Shown here: one piece after another, positions 26,092 to 26,954 of the stretch
Position numbering within the stretch: position 1 is the stretch's first letter
Layout of the letters: every line of letters starts with the position of its first letter
DNA from: a virus
Taxonomy: Duplodnaviria; Heunggongvirae; Uroviricota; Caudoviricetes
Length of the DNA: 26,954 bases
IMG/VR virus record: IMGVR_UViG_3300005289_000054
Strand: one strand, 5' to 3'
Made by a program: the position numbers and the translations under genes
Notes under the pieces: generated by a model
Told to the model about the DNA's origin: nothing
The model's input: only the letters and a program-made list of their open reading frames with translations
Databases searched by the model: none

Positions 26092-26167
26092 TGGCTCCGA
26101 AGGCTGGACTCGAACCAGCGACACATGGATTAACAGTCCACCGCTCTACCAACTGAGCTACTAAGGA
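26092..26167 (-). tRNA. tRNA-Asn (GTT)
   Basis: Canonical D, anticodon (GTGGA-CTGTTAA-TCCAT) and T arms; the acceptor TCCTTAG/CTTCGGA has two mismatches; CCA. Confidence 0.92.
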
Positions 26168-26169
26168 AT

Positions 26170-26244
26170 TGGTAGTACCTGATAGTTTCGAACTATCGAC
26201 CTCAGAATTATCAGTTCTGCGTTCTACCCCTGAACTAAGGTACT
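26170..26244 (-). tRNA. tRNA-Ile (GAT)
   Basis: AGTACCT/AGGTACT-A-CCA; CAGAA-CTGATAA-TTCTG; GATAG-TTCGAAA-CTATC. Confidence 0.96.
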
Positions 26245-26250
26245 ATTGTT

Positions 26251-26465
26251 TGTGATTTTGAGTGGATCACATACCACATCCATTAAACCTATCTAGTTGT
26301 AAAACGTATCAGATGGTTTGGATAAATAAGGAGCTGCTGCTTACCAGTTAGTGAACAACTCCGATCTTAGAATAAGAATCACACTCAGTAGAGAAGGAGG
26401 AAACTAAAGAGTGTGGAGGAGAAACAACATTCAATGTTGCACACACCTATCATCAAGTGTGGTAA
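26251..26465 (-). ncRNA. Candidate structured non-coding RNA upstream of the tRNA array
   Basis: Seven consecutive hairpins found by eye. Several G.U pairs work only on the minus strand. No credible ORF in the interval. Confidence 0.55.
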
Positions 26466-26489
26466 TATTATTTTTATTATATTTCCTTA

Positions 26490-26518
26490 TTGTAATTAAG
26501 GATTCCTTTATGTATAAT
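26490..26518 (+). promoter_or_regulatory. Sigma70-like promoter, rightward (antisense to the local genes)
   Basis: TTGTAA-17 nt-TATAAT. Confidence 0.5.
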
Positions 26519-26559
26519 GACTTATTTGTATTTGTGAGTTCTTTGTCATTACAAGAGAT

Positions 26560-26588
26560 ATAATCCCATAAAATATAAGAATTGTCAA
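26560..26588 (-). promoter_or_regulatory. Sigma70-like promoter for the ncRNA/tRNA operon
   Basis: TTGACA-17 nt-GATTAT, with an extended -10 TG. Confidence 0.55.
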
Positions 26589-26605
26589 CAGGTATTTACA
26601 AACAG

Positions 26606-26620
26606 TAACATAATATGTTA
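26606..26620. promoter_or_regulatory. Perfect palindrome, possible operator
   Basis: TAACATA-A-TATGTTA, 17 nt upstream of the minus-strand -35 box. AT-rich, so it may be chance. Confidence 0.3.
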
Positions 26621-26732
26621 GTCTTTATACTCCAACACAATAAGGATAACTATTAGTATAACAATACTGACAAGAGAAATCAGGAAGGCAAATAGGATGA
26701 ACTCTTTAACCCAAAACAAGTAAGTCAAGTAC

Positions 26733-26933
26733 TCAATAATCGTCATTAGAAGTATCCTTGTATTTGAAATCTGAATACAGAGAAGTTATCTCTTCGTCAT
26801 TAAGTATGTAGACATCGCCATTCTTATCGTTATATCCGTATGCTGCCTCTCTTACTATTTTTAGGCATGTGTAGCATAGGTCTTGATTCTTGGCATAATC
26901 TTTAATCTGGTTATCACAGGCTGCACATCTCAT
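26733..26933 (-). CDS. Small putative zinc-binding protein
   Basis: MRCAACD...LCYTC (CxxC...CxxC), SD AAGGA, acidic C-terminus. Confidence 0.7.
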   Translation of the reverse strand: MRCAACDNQIKDYAKNQDLCYTCLKIVREAAYGYNDKNGDVYILNDEEITSLYSDFKYKDTSNDDY

Positions 26934-26954
26934 TCTATTATTCCTTATTTTTAT

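Noticed and set aside
23571-26244. Suppressor tRNA or stop-codon reassignment
   Set aside because: No CTA, TTA or TCA anticodon; all long genes read intact in the standard code.

Overview
AT-rich window from a tailed dsDNA phage with a contractile tail (myovirus). All credible genes lie on the minus strand. In transcription order (right to left): a small CxxC/CxxC protein; a promoter-rich gap; a ~215-nt run of hairpins; an array of 8 CCA-encoding tRNAs (Ile-GAT, Asn-GTT, Ser-TGA, Ser-GCT, Trp-CCA, Thr-TGT, Pro-TGG, Met/Ile2-CAT), interrupted by a three-ORF cassette of low-complexity proteins and by an HNH endonuclease; a SleB-type cell-wall hydrolase; then a complete virion module (terminase subunits, portal, S49 protease/scaffold, decoration protein, major capsid, neck/terminator proteins, collagen-like fibre, two sheath paralogues, three tube-like paralogues, tail chaperone with probable -1 frameshift, tape measure, Dit-like, hub, spike, wedge, baseplate J) ending in a tail fibre cut by the left edge. 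The layout is reminiscent of ~100-kb gammaproteobacterial myoviruses, possibly of Acinetobacter, but the host cannot be established from this window. Product calls come from motif recognition and gene order, and RNA structures were folded by eye; no searches were run. The most unusual signals are the candidate ncRNA showing an anti-Shine-Dalgarno sequence in a loop, the Gly/Asn/Gln-rich cassette with an attenuator-like leader, several non-canonical tRNAs, and the duplicated sheath with an acidic insert.
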